Below, piece by piece: positions 1 through 11,775 of a DNA stretch of 54,138 nt. The notes under the pieces are model-generated. The model saw nothing but the letters and a program-made list of their open reading frames with translations, had not been told where the DNA came from and searched no databases. Location: positions 1 through 54,138 of the forward strand of contig JBLFWS010000003.1 of assembly GCA_047611865.1 (NCBI GenBank), read 5' to 3'. This DNA comes from Chlamydiales bacterium. GTDB taxonomy: Bacteria; Chlamydiota; Chlamydiia; Chlamydiales; JBDQID01. The translations under genes were made by a program, and so were the position numbers. Numbering within the stretch: position 1 is the first letter of the stretch; each line of letters begins with the position of its first letter.

Positions 1-187
1 TCCCGGTGTTATTTTTAGACCTTGAAAAAGCTAAAAAATCTCCCTCTTTTCTCTCGAGAAAGGGGGTGTTTTAAAAATTTTCTTTGAATGCCTCAGAAGC
101 CATTGTGAGCCTCTTTTTGGTTTTTTTAAAGTGTCTTTTTTAATTTATAACACCTTTATTATCAACGTCAAAAACACCGGGAATTAC
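1..187. mobile_element. Possible ~190-bp MITE or IS-end remnant, cut by the window edge
   Basis: TCCCGGTGTT at 1-10 is the exact reverse complement of AACACCGGGA at 173-182. There is an internal hairpin at ~43-66 and no ORF. Confidence 0.4.
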
Positions 188-510
188 TGGGAGCAGGCTA
201 AACTCCAAGAATTCAAATGTAGATATTTCTATCATGAAATTATTTTTTTTGTATGACCATCCTTTCTATATTTTCATCCAGATTTTTTTTAACAAAATAT
301 TGAAACATTTAATAAAGGTATGACAACATACTCTTCGGTTCTTTAATTAAGGGTGTGAGGGATTCAGCTATACAAGATTTTGCTGTAGCCATGTTCATCC
401 TGTCTCAAATTTATCTAATGCTATAGATCTGAAAATCCCGATTAAGATGTAATTTTTTCTTAAGACCTGCTAAAGTTCCGGAATATTATTAAAATATTTG
501 GAGATAAAAC

Positions 511-1494
511 ATGAAATATTTGAGCAGCATTGCTTTGGGTTTTCTTCTTGCTATAGCGTTTACCCTTTCAGCTTGCGGAACGGTTGATGAGACTGAGGTG
601 GATCCTAAAGTAAGAATTGGTGGTGGAAATCAGTCGGGGCTTTATCAAAAAGCTGGAGAGGGGATTGCCGAGTGCCTGGAAGCTTCTGAGCTAAGAAGTA
701 CTTATGCAGTATCAGTTCAAATATCAGAGGGCTCAGTCTCTAATATCAATGCGCTTTCTGCGGGGAGTCTTGAAGTAGCTCTTGTGCAATCAGATCGTTT
801 ATATCAAGCTTACCATGGTTTTGGAGCTTGGCAGGGCGAGCCTGTAGATAAGCTTCGCTTTGTCTGTAGCTTTTATCCAGAAGTTGTAACGCTGCTGGCT
901 ACTAATGGAAGTGGAATTTACTCCCTTGAAGATATTAAAGGGAAAGTTGTGAGTATCGGTAGCAGTGCCTCGGGAACGAAGGGGAATGTTCTTAATTACC
1001 TTGAAGCACAAGAGCTTGTTCCAGGAAAAGATTTTGTGGCTGAGGAAATTTTATTAGATGAGGCGATTGCAAAAATGCAGAATGGGGAACTTGACGCGAT
1101 ATTCTGTACTGTTGGACACCCTAATGAGATGATCAGTGAAATCGTAAAAGGTGATAGAGAAGTTCATTTTGTTCCTCTACCAGGCAATGAAAGCTTGGCA
1201 GAAATGTTTCCTTATTACAACTTAACTAGCATTGACCTTTCCCAGTACCCCCAACTCAATAAATCAGAAAAAATTCCTGCGCTTGGAGTTTATGCTATTT
1301 TGGCAACTTCTAGTGAGGTCAATGATGAAAAAGTATATGCTATTCTAAAATCTCTGGGAGACAATCTTGATCTTCTGAAAAATAAGCATCAAGCATTCAG
1401 TAACTTAGAAGTTCAGGCCATGCTTGATGGCATATCAACCCCTTTGCATTCTGGGGCTGTAAAGTTCTATAAAGAAGGGAGCATCTTTCGTTGA
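511..1494 (+). CDS. TAXI-family TRAP transporter solute receptor (lipoprotein)
   Basis: Lipobox LSA-C; TAXI-type motifs GSVSNI, ALVQSD, YPEVV, VGHPN and the C-terminal PLHSGAVKFYKE; RBS GGAG upstream. Confidence 0.88.
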   Translation: MKYLSSIALGFLLAIAFTLSACGTVDETEVDPKVRIGGGNQSGLYQKAGEGIAECLEASELRSTYAVSVQISEGSVSNINALSAGSLEVALVQSDRLYQAYHGFGAWQGEPVDKLRFVCSFYPEVVTLLATNGSGIYSLEDIKGKVVSIGSSASGTKGNVLNYLEAQELVPGKDFVAEEILLDEAIAKMQNGELDAIFCTVGHPNEMISEIVKGDREVHFVPLPGNESLAEMFPYYNLTSIDLSQYPQLNKSEKIPALGVYAILATSSEVNDEKVYAILKSLGDNLDLLKNKHQAFSNLEVQAMLDGISTPLHSGAVKFYKEGSIFR

Positions 1495-1603
1495 GATGTT
1501 AAATAGAGAACGCTGATTCCTTTGATGACAGCAATACAGGTTGAAGAAATTGTTGATTGTCATTATTTTGAGACTCTGGAAGTTAATGAACAATTAAGGG
1601 GTA

Positions 1604-3727
1604 ATGATGACACGAATTCTCGGAGACTATAATCTCATAAAACAGATAGGTCAAGGATCTCTGGGGACCGTTTTTCTCGCGGAACATCGCTTTATGAAGC
1701 GTCAGTATGTATTAAAGGTTTTGCCTAGTGAACTCGGATCTCAAAGAGGGTTTATCCAACGTTTCGAAGAGGAAGTGGGAACCCTTGCAACACTCGACCA
1801 TCCCAACATAGTCAAGGTTCATACTGTTTCCGTTTCTAATGGGGAATATTTTCTTGTAAGTGATTGTATCGTAGATCCTTTGGGAGAGACAACAAATCTT
1901 GGCCAGTATTTAATTTCTCGAGAAGGAGAGATTGTAGAGGACGAATTACTGGAGATATTCAGGCAAATTGCAGATGCTCTGGATTATGCACATAACAAGA
2001 TGCGGAGTGGAAATGTTGTTATCCACGGAGGGCTGAAGCCAAATAATCTATTAGTCGGACAAGGGAAAGGGAAAATCAAAATCCTACTTTCTGACTTTGG
2101 CTTATCACGTATCGTTGGTATAGGAGCTATTTTAAGTAGAACATATAAAGTGCTTGCTGATGCTTTGAGCATTGTGCCCGTTGTTGAAGGAGGGAAAAAT
2201 CAAAATGATCGATACTCCACCCAAATTGTTGAGTCACAAAAGCTAAGTATTTTACATAATACTTTCTTGCAGAATTATGCCTTTTTATCTCCTGAACAGA
2301 AGCATGGGGAAACATTTGGGCCAGTAGGAATAAAGGCAGATGTCTATGCCTTTGGTGTTCTCGCATACTATCTTATCACCAAAGAGCTTCCCGAAGGAGT
2401 TTTTGAGATGCCTTCGGTGAAAAAGCCTAACTTTAAATATAACTGGGATGCTCTCGTTCTGTCTTGCTTGCGGAGTAACCCAGAAAAAAGACCGGCTTCT
2501 CTTATTCAGATTATGGATGATGTCGCTCGCGGGAAGGCTAAGCCTGCCGTATCGCTATCATTTTCGGAAAATAGCGAAAGGAAATCTTTTGACCAAAGAG
2601 TGACAACGCCTGAAGTATCTCCTCCCTTTCAGCAAGAAAACCTTAGTGGCCAAGCTAGACAAGAACAACGAGTTCTTGCTGAAGCTCACTCTCTGAATAG
2701 TGGTCAGGCCGAACAAATTTCATTTCTCTCAGAAGAGACGGATGTGAGGAAAGGGCCGGACCCTGTGCCTCTTGTGGTGACAAAGACTGCGGGAACCTCT
2801 GCTGGCGCAACGGTCCACCAATCGGCACAAGAATTTTCTTCTTTTTCTTTACCTAAGGAAAGAGAGAAGAGCTCTCTTAAACCTGTACTTCAAGAACAAG
2901 AGATTGAGAAACCGGTTTATGAGGCGGATCCGGCAGAGGCCATAAGGGTGAATCGTAATGTATCTCACTACCACCCGGAACCACAAGAAGTGAAAAATAT
3001 AGAACCCATTCATACGGATATGGTTGTCGTGAAAGGAGGGGCTTTCTTTAGGGGGAGCAACGATGGTAATAGAGATGAAATGCCTAGGCATCAGATCAAT
3101 TTGTCGAGTTTCGCGATGGAGATACACCCGACAACTAATGAACAGTTTGCTCGTTTTCTAGAGGTTATGGAAGGGGTAAAGGACATTCAAAATAATGATA
3201 TCATCAGATTGAGGGAGTCGCGTATTAAGCTTAGCGGAGGAAAGCTAAGTATTGAATCAGGGTATAGCAAGCATCCTGTAGTGGGGGTTACCTGGTACGG
3301 AGCAGTGGGGTATGCTAAGTGGGTGGGTAAGCGTTTACCTACTGAAGCAGAATGGGAAATCGCTGCAAGGGGAGGCATTTCTAATATAGCCTACCCTACG
3401 GGAGAGTCCATTGAAAAATCTCAGGCAAATTTCTTCTATTCAGATACGACAGCTGTAATGAGCTATGCTCCTAACGACGGTGGAATTTATGATGTATCTG
3501 GAAATGTTTACGAATGGTGCCAAGACTGGTATGGTTACAATTACTATGAAGTTTCAGCACAAGAGCCAGATTCTCCAAAGGGCCCCTTACAGGGAGTATA
3601 TAGAGTTCTACGCGGTGGATGTTGGAAGAGCCTGAAGGAAGACTTGCGTTGTTCTCATAGAAATAGAAACAATCCAGGAACAGTAAATCGAACCTATGGT
3701 TTCAGATGTGTATCTGATGTACAGTGA
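1604..3727 (+). CDS. pkn1: Ser/Thr kinase domain fused to an FGE-sulfatase domain (chlamydial Pkn1 type)
   Basis: N-terminal GQGSLG loop, VLK, HPNIV, DFG and DVYAFG. C-terminal FGE-type motifs HPVVGVTW, RLPTEAEWE, GNVYEWC and GFRC. Confidence 0.88.
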   Translation: MMTRILGDYNLIKQIGQGSLGTVFLAEHRFMKRQYVLKVLPSELGSQRGFIQRFEEEVGTLATLDHPNIVKVHTVSVSNGEYFLVSDCIVDPLGETTNLGQYLISREGEIVEDELLEIFRQIADALDYAHNKMRSGNVVIHGGLKPNNLLVGQGKGKIKILLSDFGLSRIVGIGAILSRTYKVLADALSIVPVVEGGKNQNDRYSTQIVESQKLSILHNTFLQNYAFLSPEQKHGETFGPVGIKADVYAFGVLAYYLITKELPEGVFEMPSVKKPNFKYNWDALVLSCLRSNPEKRPASLIQIMDDVARGKAKPAVSLSFSENSERKSFDQRVTTPEVSPPFQQENLSGQARQEQRVLAEAHSLNSGQAEQISFLSEETDVRKGPDPVPLVVTKTAGTSAGATVHQSAQEFSSFSLPKEREKSSLKPVLQEQEIEKPVYEADPAEAIRVNRNVSHYHPEPQEVKNIEPIHTDMVVVKGGAFFRGSNDGNRDEMPRHQINLSSFAMEIHPTTNEQFARFLEVMEGVKDIQNNDIIRLRESRIKLSGGKLSIESGYSKHPVVGVTWYGAVGYAKWVGKRLPTEAEWEIAARGGISNIAYPTGESIEKSQANFFYSDTTAVMSYAPNDGGIYDVSGNVYEWCQDWYGYNYYEVSAQEPDSPKGPLQGVYRVLRGGCWKSLKEDLRCSHRNRNNPGTVNRTYGFRCVSDVQ

Positions 3728-3753
3728 TAAATAGTCTCTTAGAGGGTGTTTCG

Positions 3754-3802
3754 TATACTGGACTCGGACGTAAATTCAAAGTTTGTGGCCGGGTCCGGCA
3801 TA
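3754..3802. repeat. Short imperfect palindrome, TATAC(C)...GGTATA family, copy 1
   Basis: ~23-bp stem with G-T pairs; shares AAGTTTGTGGCCG with 22649-22695. Confidence 0.7.
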
Positions 3803-3839
3803 AATCAAACTGATGATGGGTTAAAACCGTTGAGGGGGA

Positions 3840-4157
3840 GTGGGGATGGTAGATGAAGAGGTTGAAGAAGCTGTTGATACGGGAGTATCAGAAGAGCTGG
3901 CAGTAGACAATTCTGATGGTAGTGGTAAGCGTATTCTTCAAAGCTTGAAAGATACTGAACTGGATATCCGCGTTGTGATTTGTGAACAGGATTTTAAAGT
4001 TGGAGACTTGATGGGTATGGGGCCAGGTACTATCCTTGTGCTCGATGCTTCGGTACAAGTTCCTGCTTGGGCTACTGTTAATGGGAAGCAATTTGCTTAT
4101 GGAAAAATCGTCCAGGTAGGCGAGTGTTACGGGTTTCAAATAGAAAAGCTTAAGTAA
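3840..4157 (+). CDS. FliN/FliM C-terminal (SpoA) domain protein, T3SS or flagellar C-ring-like
   Basis: Acidic N-terminus followed by a SpoA-like pattern (LMGMGPGTILVLD...VNGKQFAYGKIVQVGECYGFQI). Confidence 0.75.
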   Translation: MGMVDEEVEEAVDTGVSEELAVDNSDGSGKRILQSLKDTELDIRVVICEQDFKVGDLMGMGPGTILVLDASVQVPAWATVNGKQFAYGKIVQVGECYGFQIEKLK

Positions 4158-4166
4158 AGAATTCTG

Positions 4167-4661
4167 ATGTCGAAAATAGCTGTAATGTTTGTTTGTTTGG
4201 GAAATATCTGTCGCTCACCTGCAGGAGAAGGAATTCTTAAAGACCTTGCAGAGAAAGGTGGATATTCTAACAAGCTGCATGTAGAAAGTTGTGGTACTGG
4301 GAACTGGCATATAGGATCATTGCCGGATTCTCGTATGCGTGAGGCGGCCAGTAAAAGAGGTATAGACCTAAGTAGTAGAGCACAGGAATTTCGGGGCGCT
4401 TTTTTCGGTAAGTTTGATTACATTCTTGCTGCAGATAATCATATTCTTCAAGAGCTTCTTAGTCTAGCGGGTGATGATGAGAGCAAGGGAAAGTTGTATC
4501 TTATAAACGATTTCAGTAAAAGTTTTAAGGGTCAGGATGTGCCAGATCCTTATTATGGTGGTGACCAAGGTTTTGAAAAGGTGCTTGACATGTTTGAAGA
4601 GGCTTGTGCTGGATTGTTAGCAACTATTTTTGAGTGTGGGCATGAAGGCAAATCGACATGA
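4167..4661 (+). CDS. Low-molecular-weight protein tyrosine phosphatase family protein
   Basis: P-loop CLGNICRS and DPYYGG motif. Confidence 0.93.
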   Translation: MSKIAVMFVCLGNICRSPAGEGILKDLAEKGGYSNKLHVESCGTGNWHIGSLPDSRMREAASKRGIDLSSRAQEFRGAFFGKFDYILAADNHILQELLSLAGDDESKGKLYLINDFSKSFKGQDVPDPYYGGDQGFEKVLDMFEEACAGLLATIFECGHEGKST

Positions 4662-5538
4662 CGATGGTATTGCTCAAGCTTTGCGTGACAGGCTGAATTG
4701 TAATGAAGTGATTTCTGTCTCTCCGATCGGTGGGGGCTGTATCAATGAAGCTTATTGTTATTCTACTGACGTTGGGAGTTTTTTTGTTAAAATCAACAAA
4801 AACGCAGCTATTCAAATGTTTGAAGGAGAGGTCAGGGGACTTAAAAGTCTGTATGAATCTCATTCAGTAAGAGTTCCCAAGGTTTTCTTTTGTGATCAAC
4901 TGCCAAATGGCGGGTCTTTTCTTGTATTGGAATACATAAAATTGGGGACTGCTAGGGAGTGGACGCAAAGAGATTTAGGGGGGGGGCTTGCAGACCAACA
5001 CCTGTGTACAGAAGAATCACGATTTGGTTTTCATGTGGACAACACAATTGGGAGTACTCCGCAGATTAATACCTGGATGGAAGAATGGGTGTCTTTTTTT
5101 GCGCGCTTTCGTTTGCAATATCAGTTGGACTTGGCTTTTATAAAGTCGGGTGATGAGCTAATGCGTGATTGTGGGCATAGATTACTCGACAGGCTTCCAG
5201 GATACTTTGAAGGGCAAGAGATTTCCCCTTCTTTACTCCATGGGGATTTATGGAGTGGAAATATGGCTGTAGATGAGCAAGGGCACGCAGTAATTTACGA
5301 TCCTGCTGTTTATTATGGTCATCACGAAGCGGAATTGGGGATAATGGGGATGTTTGGGGGGTTTACAGAGGATTTCTATAAGGCCTATCACGAAAAAATT
5401 CCTGAAGCAGAAGGCTTTAAAGAGCGGCGAGAACTATATAAATTGTATCATTATCTCAACCACCTGAATATATTTGGTAGTTCTTACTACTCTTTCTATT
5501 ATGAAAAGCCTGATGTAAGCCGGACAGGATATTTATGA
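4642..5538 (+). CDS. Fructosamine/ribulosamine 3-kinase family protein
   Basis: Motifs GGGCIN, FFVK, FEGE, FGFHVDNTIGSTPQIN, LLHGDLWSGN and YDPAVYYGHHEAEL. ATG 4642 is preferred over the track's TTG 4630. Confidence 0.9.
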   Translation: MKANRHDDGIAQALRDRLNCNEVISVSPIGGGCINEAYCYSTDVGSFFVKINKNAAIQMFEGEVRGLKSLYESHSVRVPKVFFCDQLPNGGSFLVLEYIKLGTAREWTQRDLGGGLADQHLCTEESRFGFHVDNTIGSTPQINTWMEEWVSFFARFRLQYQLDLAFIKSGDELMRDCGHRLLDRLPGYFEGQEISPSLLHGDLWSGNMAVDEQGHAVIYDPAVYYGHHEAELGIMGMFGGFTEDFYKAYHEKIPEAEGFKERRELYKLYHYLNHLNIFGSSYYSFYYEKPDVSRTGYL

Positions 5539-5585
5539 GAAGTTTTTTGTAGATAATTTACTTATGTAATAACACCGTATATTCT

Positions 5586-7448
5586 CTAAATATTTTCAAC
5601 GCGAAAGTAAATAGGGAGATCACAGTTCATTTCCAAGGCTATTTGTAAAGAGACGCTTTCTTCTTGAGTTATCGGACAGTGCTTATGGTTTTTGCGCATA
5701 AAATAATCTAGCCTCCTAAGGAATAGTAGGTAATGTGCCTGTTCCCGAATTCCTCCTAATTCAGTGGAGCGTAGAGCTTTGAGAAGCTGATCCTTTTGAC
5801 TCAGGTGTATTTTGTGAAGCTCTATGTAAAACATGGCCTTTTTTTTGTCTTGTAGATCTCTTACAATTCTCATTAGGTCTGTTTCTTGTTCTTCTGCACT
5901 TTGGTTTTTGGAAAGGTCATCGCTATTTTCAGATTGGCTAGGGATATGTCTTTTATTGTGAAAAGTTTTTTCAAGGCTTTCAAGAGCCTGTATTATATGT
6001 TCGCCCTCAGCACCTGTGTCATTGATAGCTTGGGCAAACATGTTTTGATTATCCAAACTCATTTGATCTTTTGATTCGAGGAAAGAATGAATCATATCTT
6101 CATAGGAATGCATAACATCATCTAAGGAATTGATTTCAAGACCTAGAGAACTGAATATAGGTGAAAAGGAAGTAATGAGCTCATCGATTTCATTATTGGA
6201 GCCTGAGTTTTTTAGTATATCGATATTATGAATGTCTTCAAAGAAGTTGATGTTTTTGTTAATTGATTCCAGAGATTGAACGGCTTCATGGATTGATTCT
6301 TTTGAGGGGGGGGTGTCAGAGTCCTTTTTGCTAAGAACTTCAAGGAATAAATCGGCGCTTTCATTAAGAGATTCAATTTTTTTATCCACTTTTTTGTATA
6401 CATCGAGTTCTTCAGATGTTTCATTCTCGTCGTCTGATGGGAAAAGAGAACTTTCGAGGATATTAGCGAGAAATTGAGGGCCTGGCATTTCTTTACTATT
6501 ACCAAAATTGGAAATAAATGCCTTGGTGTGAGATTCTGCAAGGTCCTTGATGTCATCAGGGCTTTTGATTACTTCATTGAAATCTTCCAGTTTTAAAGTT
6601 TTTGAAAGATTTTTGAACTCTTTTTTTACTACTTCCATTTCATCTATTACAGCCTTCTCAATTTCTTTTGAAAAAAGTTCGCTAATGTCAGAGTTAGCAT
6701 CTAATACCATCGCTTCATCGTATTCATCTTCAAGCTCAAGTGTTGTATCTGTTTTTTTAAGAGCTTCTTCGATGGATGAATCAATGATTTGTTCTAATTC
6801 TCCTTCCGTAAATAATTCCGTTTCAACTTCTTTGAGAACTTGACTTATGGTTTCTTCGAATGAGGGGTCTAATTGGTCCCTAAGTAATGAAATAAGTCCA
6901 AGTTCATCTTCTTCAGGCTTACCAGAGAAGACTTTAGCTAGAGTTTCCATTACCTTTTCAGCATTTAATTGTTTTTCATGCTCATAGTCAGTTTCGTTGG
7001 ACCCTCCTTCAATAATGTGATCCATCGTAGAATTGACCGCTTCGGCTTTTTCAAATATATTTTTAGTTTTTTCGCTCTTTGGGTTTATGGACATGGCATT
7101 TTCGAGTTTTTGGCTTAATGAAGGAAGGTGGGTCAGCTCTTTCTCTTGAAGCTTAGTAGTGGGTTTAGCTTCTTCTTCTGCAGATTTTAATAAAGCCTCC
7201 TTTCCAGATACAAGGTTACTAAATAATGTATTAAGAAAAGAGTGCTTATCAGCACCGATGTCAGTCAGAGATTTTTTGAAGTTGAGCTTATCAGAAGAGT
7301 CTTGAGACAGGGTGTTAGAGGAGCAGCGGTACTCCTCTAGAAGATTTTGCATCTGGAGGAAGATTTCATGGCGAAAACTGCCTATATCACAGCCTCTCGT
7401 TAGTGGTCGAATTGCAAGACGTGGGATTTTTTCATTTTTACTACTCAT
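5586..7448 (-). CDS. Hypothetical acidic, helical protein (620 aa)
   Basis: Long uninterrupted ORF, very E/D/S/K-rich, with no motif I recognise. Confidence 0.75.
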   Translation of the reverse strand: MSSKNEKIPRLAIRPLTRGCDIGSFRHEIFLQMQNLLEEYRCSSNTLSQDSSDKLNFKKSLTDIGADKHSFLNTLFSNLVSGKEALLKSAEEEAKPTTKLQEKELTHLPSLSQKLENAMSINPKSEKTKNIFEKAEAVNSTMDHIIEGGSNETDYEHEKQLNAEKVMETLAKVFSGKPEEDELGLISLLRDQLDPSFEETISQVLKEVETELFTEGELEQIIDSSIEEALKKTDTTLELEDEYDEAMVLDANSDISELFSKEIEKAVIDEMEVVKKEFKNLSKTLKLEDFNEVIKSPDDIKDLAESHTKAFISNFGNSKEMPGPQFLANILESSLFPSDDENETSEELDVYKKVDKKIESLNESADLFLEVLSKKDSDTPPSKESIHEAVQSLESINKNINFFEDIHNIDILKNSGSNNEIDELITSFSPIFSSLGLEINSLDDVMHSYEDMIHSFLESKDQMSLDNQNMFAQAINDTGAEGEHIIQALESLEKTFHNKRHIPSQSENSDDLSKNQSAEEQETDLMRIVRDLQDKKKAMFYIELHKIHLSQKDQLLKALRSTELGGIREQAHYLLFLRRLDYFMRKNHKHCPITQEESVSLQIALEMNCDLPIYFRVENI

Positions 7449-7613
7449 CTTCTCAACGGGAAAGAGTTAAAATTTTATTTTACCATAAGAGGTAATTTTT
7501 GAGTTCTTGGAGTTCGAAGTAGACTTAACTTGCTTGTTACGAGACCTTAAAGTTTATTTGTCATGGGCTTGAAAATTAGAGGCTGCTTAGGGGGCGAGAA
7601 GAAGAAAGAATGA

Positions 7614-7643
7614 TTGCATGACAAAGAGGTACTGGAGTATAAT
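7614..7643 (+). promoter_or_regulatory. Putative sigma70/sigma66 promoter for ispH
   Basis: TTGCAT-N18-TATAAT, ~35 nt upstream of ATG 7678. Confidence 0.45.
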
Positions 7644-7677
7644 GCCCCTTCCTATTTAAGTACTTGTGAGGCTGTCT

Positions 7678-8625
7678 ATGAAACTTCTTTTGTCTAAACC
7701 CAGGGGCTTTTGCGCAGGTGTAGAAAGAGCTATCGATACAGTGGAAAAGGCGATTGAACTTTGGGGTGCTCCAATTTACGTGAAGCACGAAATTGTTCAT
7801 AACAAACATGTTGTGGATCGCCTTCGAAGTAAAGGGGCTGTTTTTATCGAAGATATCAGTGATGTTCCTGTAGGAGCAAAACTTGTCTACTCAGCACACG
7901 GTGTCTCTCCTGAAGTGCGGGAGCAATCCAGATCACGGAAACTTCAAGAAATTGATGCAACATGTGGACTCGTAACGCGTGTACACTCCGCTGTAAAACG
8001 CTTTGCAGCACGAGGGTGCCAAATCATTCTAATTGGACACAAAAATCACGTAGAAGTGGTGGGAACAGCTGGTGAAGCACCTGATGTAACGACCATTGTG
8101 GAGTGTGTGAAAGATGTCAATTCTTTGAAGTTTTGTGATAACGAAAAGCTGTTCTATATTACCCAGACAACGCTTAGTTTAGATGATGTGAAAGAAATTA
8201 CTGAAGCTCTGGTTGCCAAGTACCCCCAAATCAAGACTTTGCCTAGCTCTTCCATCTGTTATGCAACAACGAATCGGCAACATGCGCTACGGGAAATTAC
8301 AGGATATACTGACCTGGTTCTTGTTGTAGGTGATAGACAAAGCTCTAACTCTAATCGGTTGGTAGAGGTAGCTCAGAAAAGAGGGACGCCTTCTTATTTA
8401 ATTAATGATGAAAACGAAATCGATGCGTCCTGGCTTGACGGTGTAGAGGTTATTGGTTTGACCGCTGGAGCTTCCACGCCAGAAGATGTTGTGCAAAAGT
8501 GTATATGGCGTTTGAAAGAGCTTGGAGTGACGAAGGTAGAAGACCTGGTTTATACAAAAGAAGATGTTGTATTTCAGCTTCCAAAGCAAGTTCTAGTAGA
8601 TAAGAAACAGGTCGCAACAGTTTGA
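7678..8625 (+). CDS. ispH: 4-hydroxy-3-methylbut-2-enyl diphosphate reductase
   Basis: Motifs PRGFCAGV, IVHN, SAHG, DATC, QTTLS, ICYATTNRQ, SSNS and TAGASTP. Confidence 0.97.
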   Translation: MKLLLSKPRGFCAGVERAIDTVEKAIELWGAPIYVKHEIVHNKHVVDRLRSKGAVFIEDISDVPVGAKLVYSAHGVSPEVREQSRSRKLQEIDATCGLVTRVHSAVKRFAARGCQIILIGHKNHVEVVGTAGEAPDVTTIVECVKDVNSLKFCDNEKLFYITQTTLSLDDVKEITEALVAKYPQIKTLPSSSICYATTNRQHALREITGYTDLVLVVGDRQSSNSNRLVEVAQKRGTPSYLINDENEIDASWLDGVEVIGLTAGASTPEDVVQKCIWRLKELGVTKVEDLVYTKEDVVFQLPKQVLVDKKQVATV

Positions 8626-8838
8626 ATATCCTTGTAAAAGGAAAGGGCATAAAATATATGGGCGATCCTTCATTGGTGTTGATTTATCCAACGAAAAAGT
8701 CCAATATTTTTGATGATATCAAATCATTCTCGAGACCCCTTAGAGGGTATCTCAAAGGCTGCTTTCCTTTTTTTTGTCACAAGCCCATTTTAGGAAGAGT
8801 ATTTTTGGAGTCTTTTCTTTTAAACATGGTAAAAACTC

Positions 8839-8867
8839 TTGAAATTCCCTACGGGATTAGGTATGTT
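8839..8867 (+). promoter_or_regulatory. Putative promoter of the dciA-gyrB-gyrA-tmk-holB operon
   Basis: TTGAAA-N17-TATGTT, 30 nt upstream of ATG 8897. Confidence 0.45.
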
Positions 8868-8896
8868 TTACCAGTCTTTGAAGGGGAGAGAGGGCT

Positions 8897-11762
<2,866 letters not shown>

Positions 11763-11775
11763 GGAGCCCTGCACC

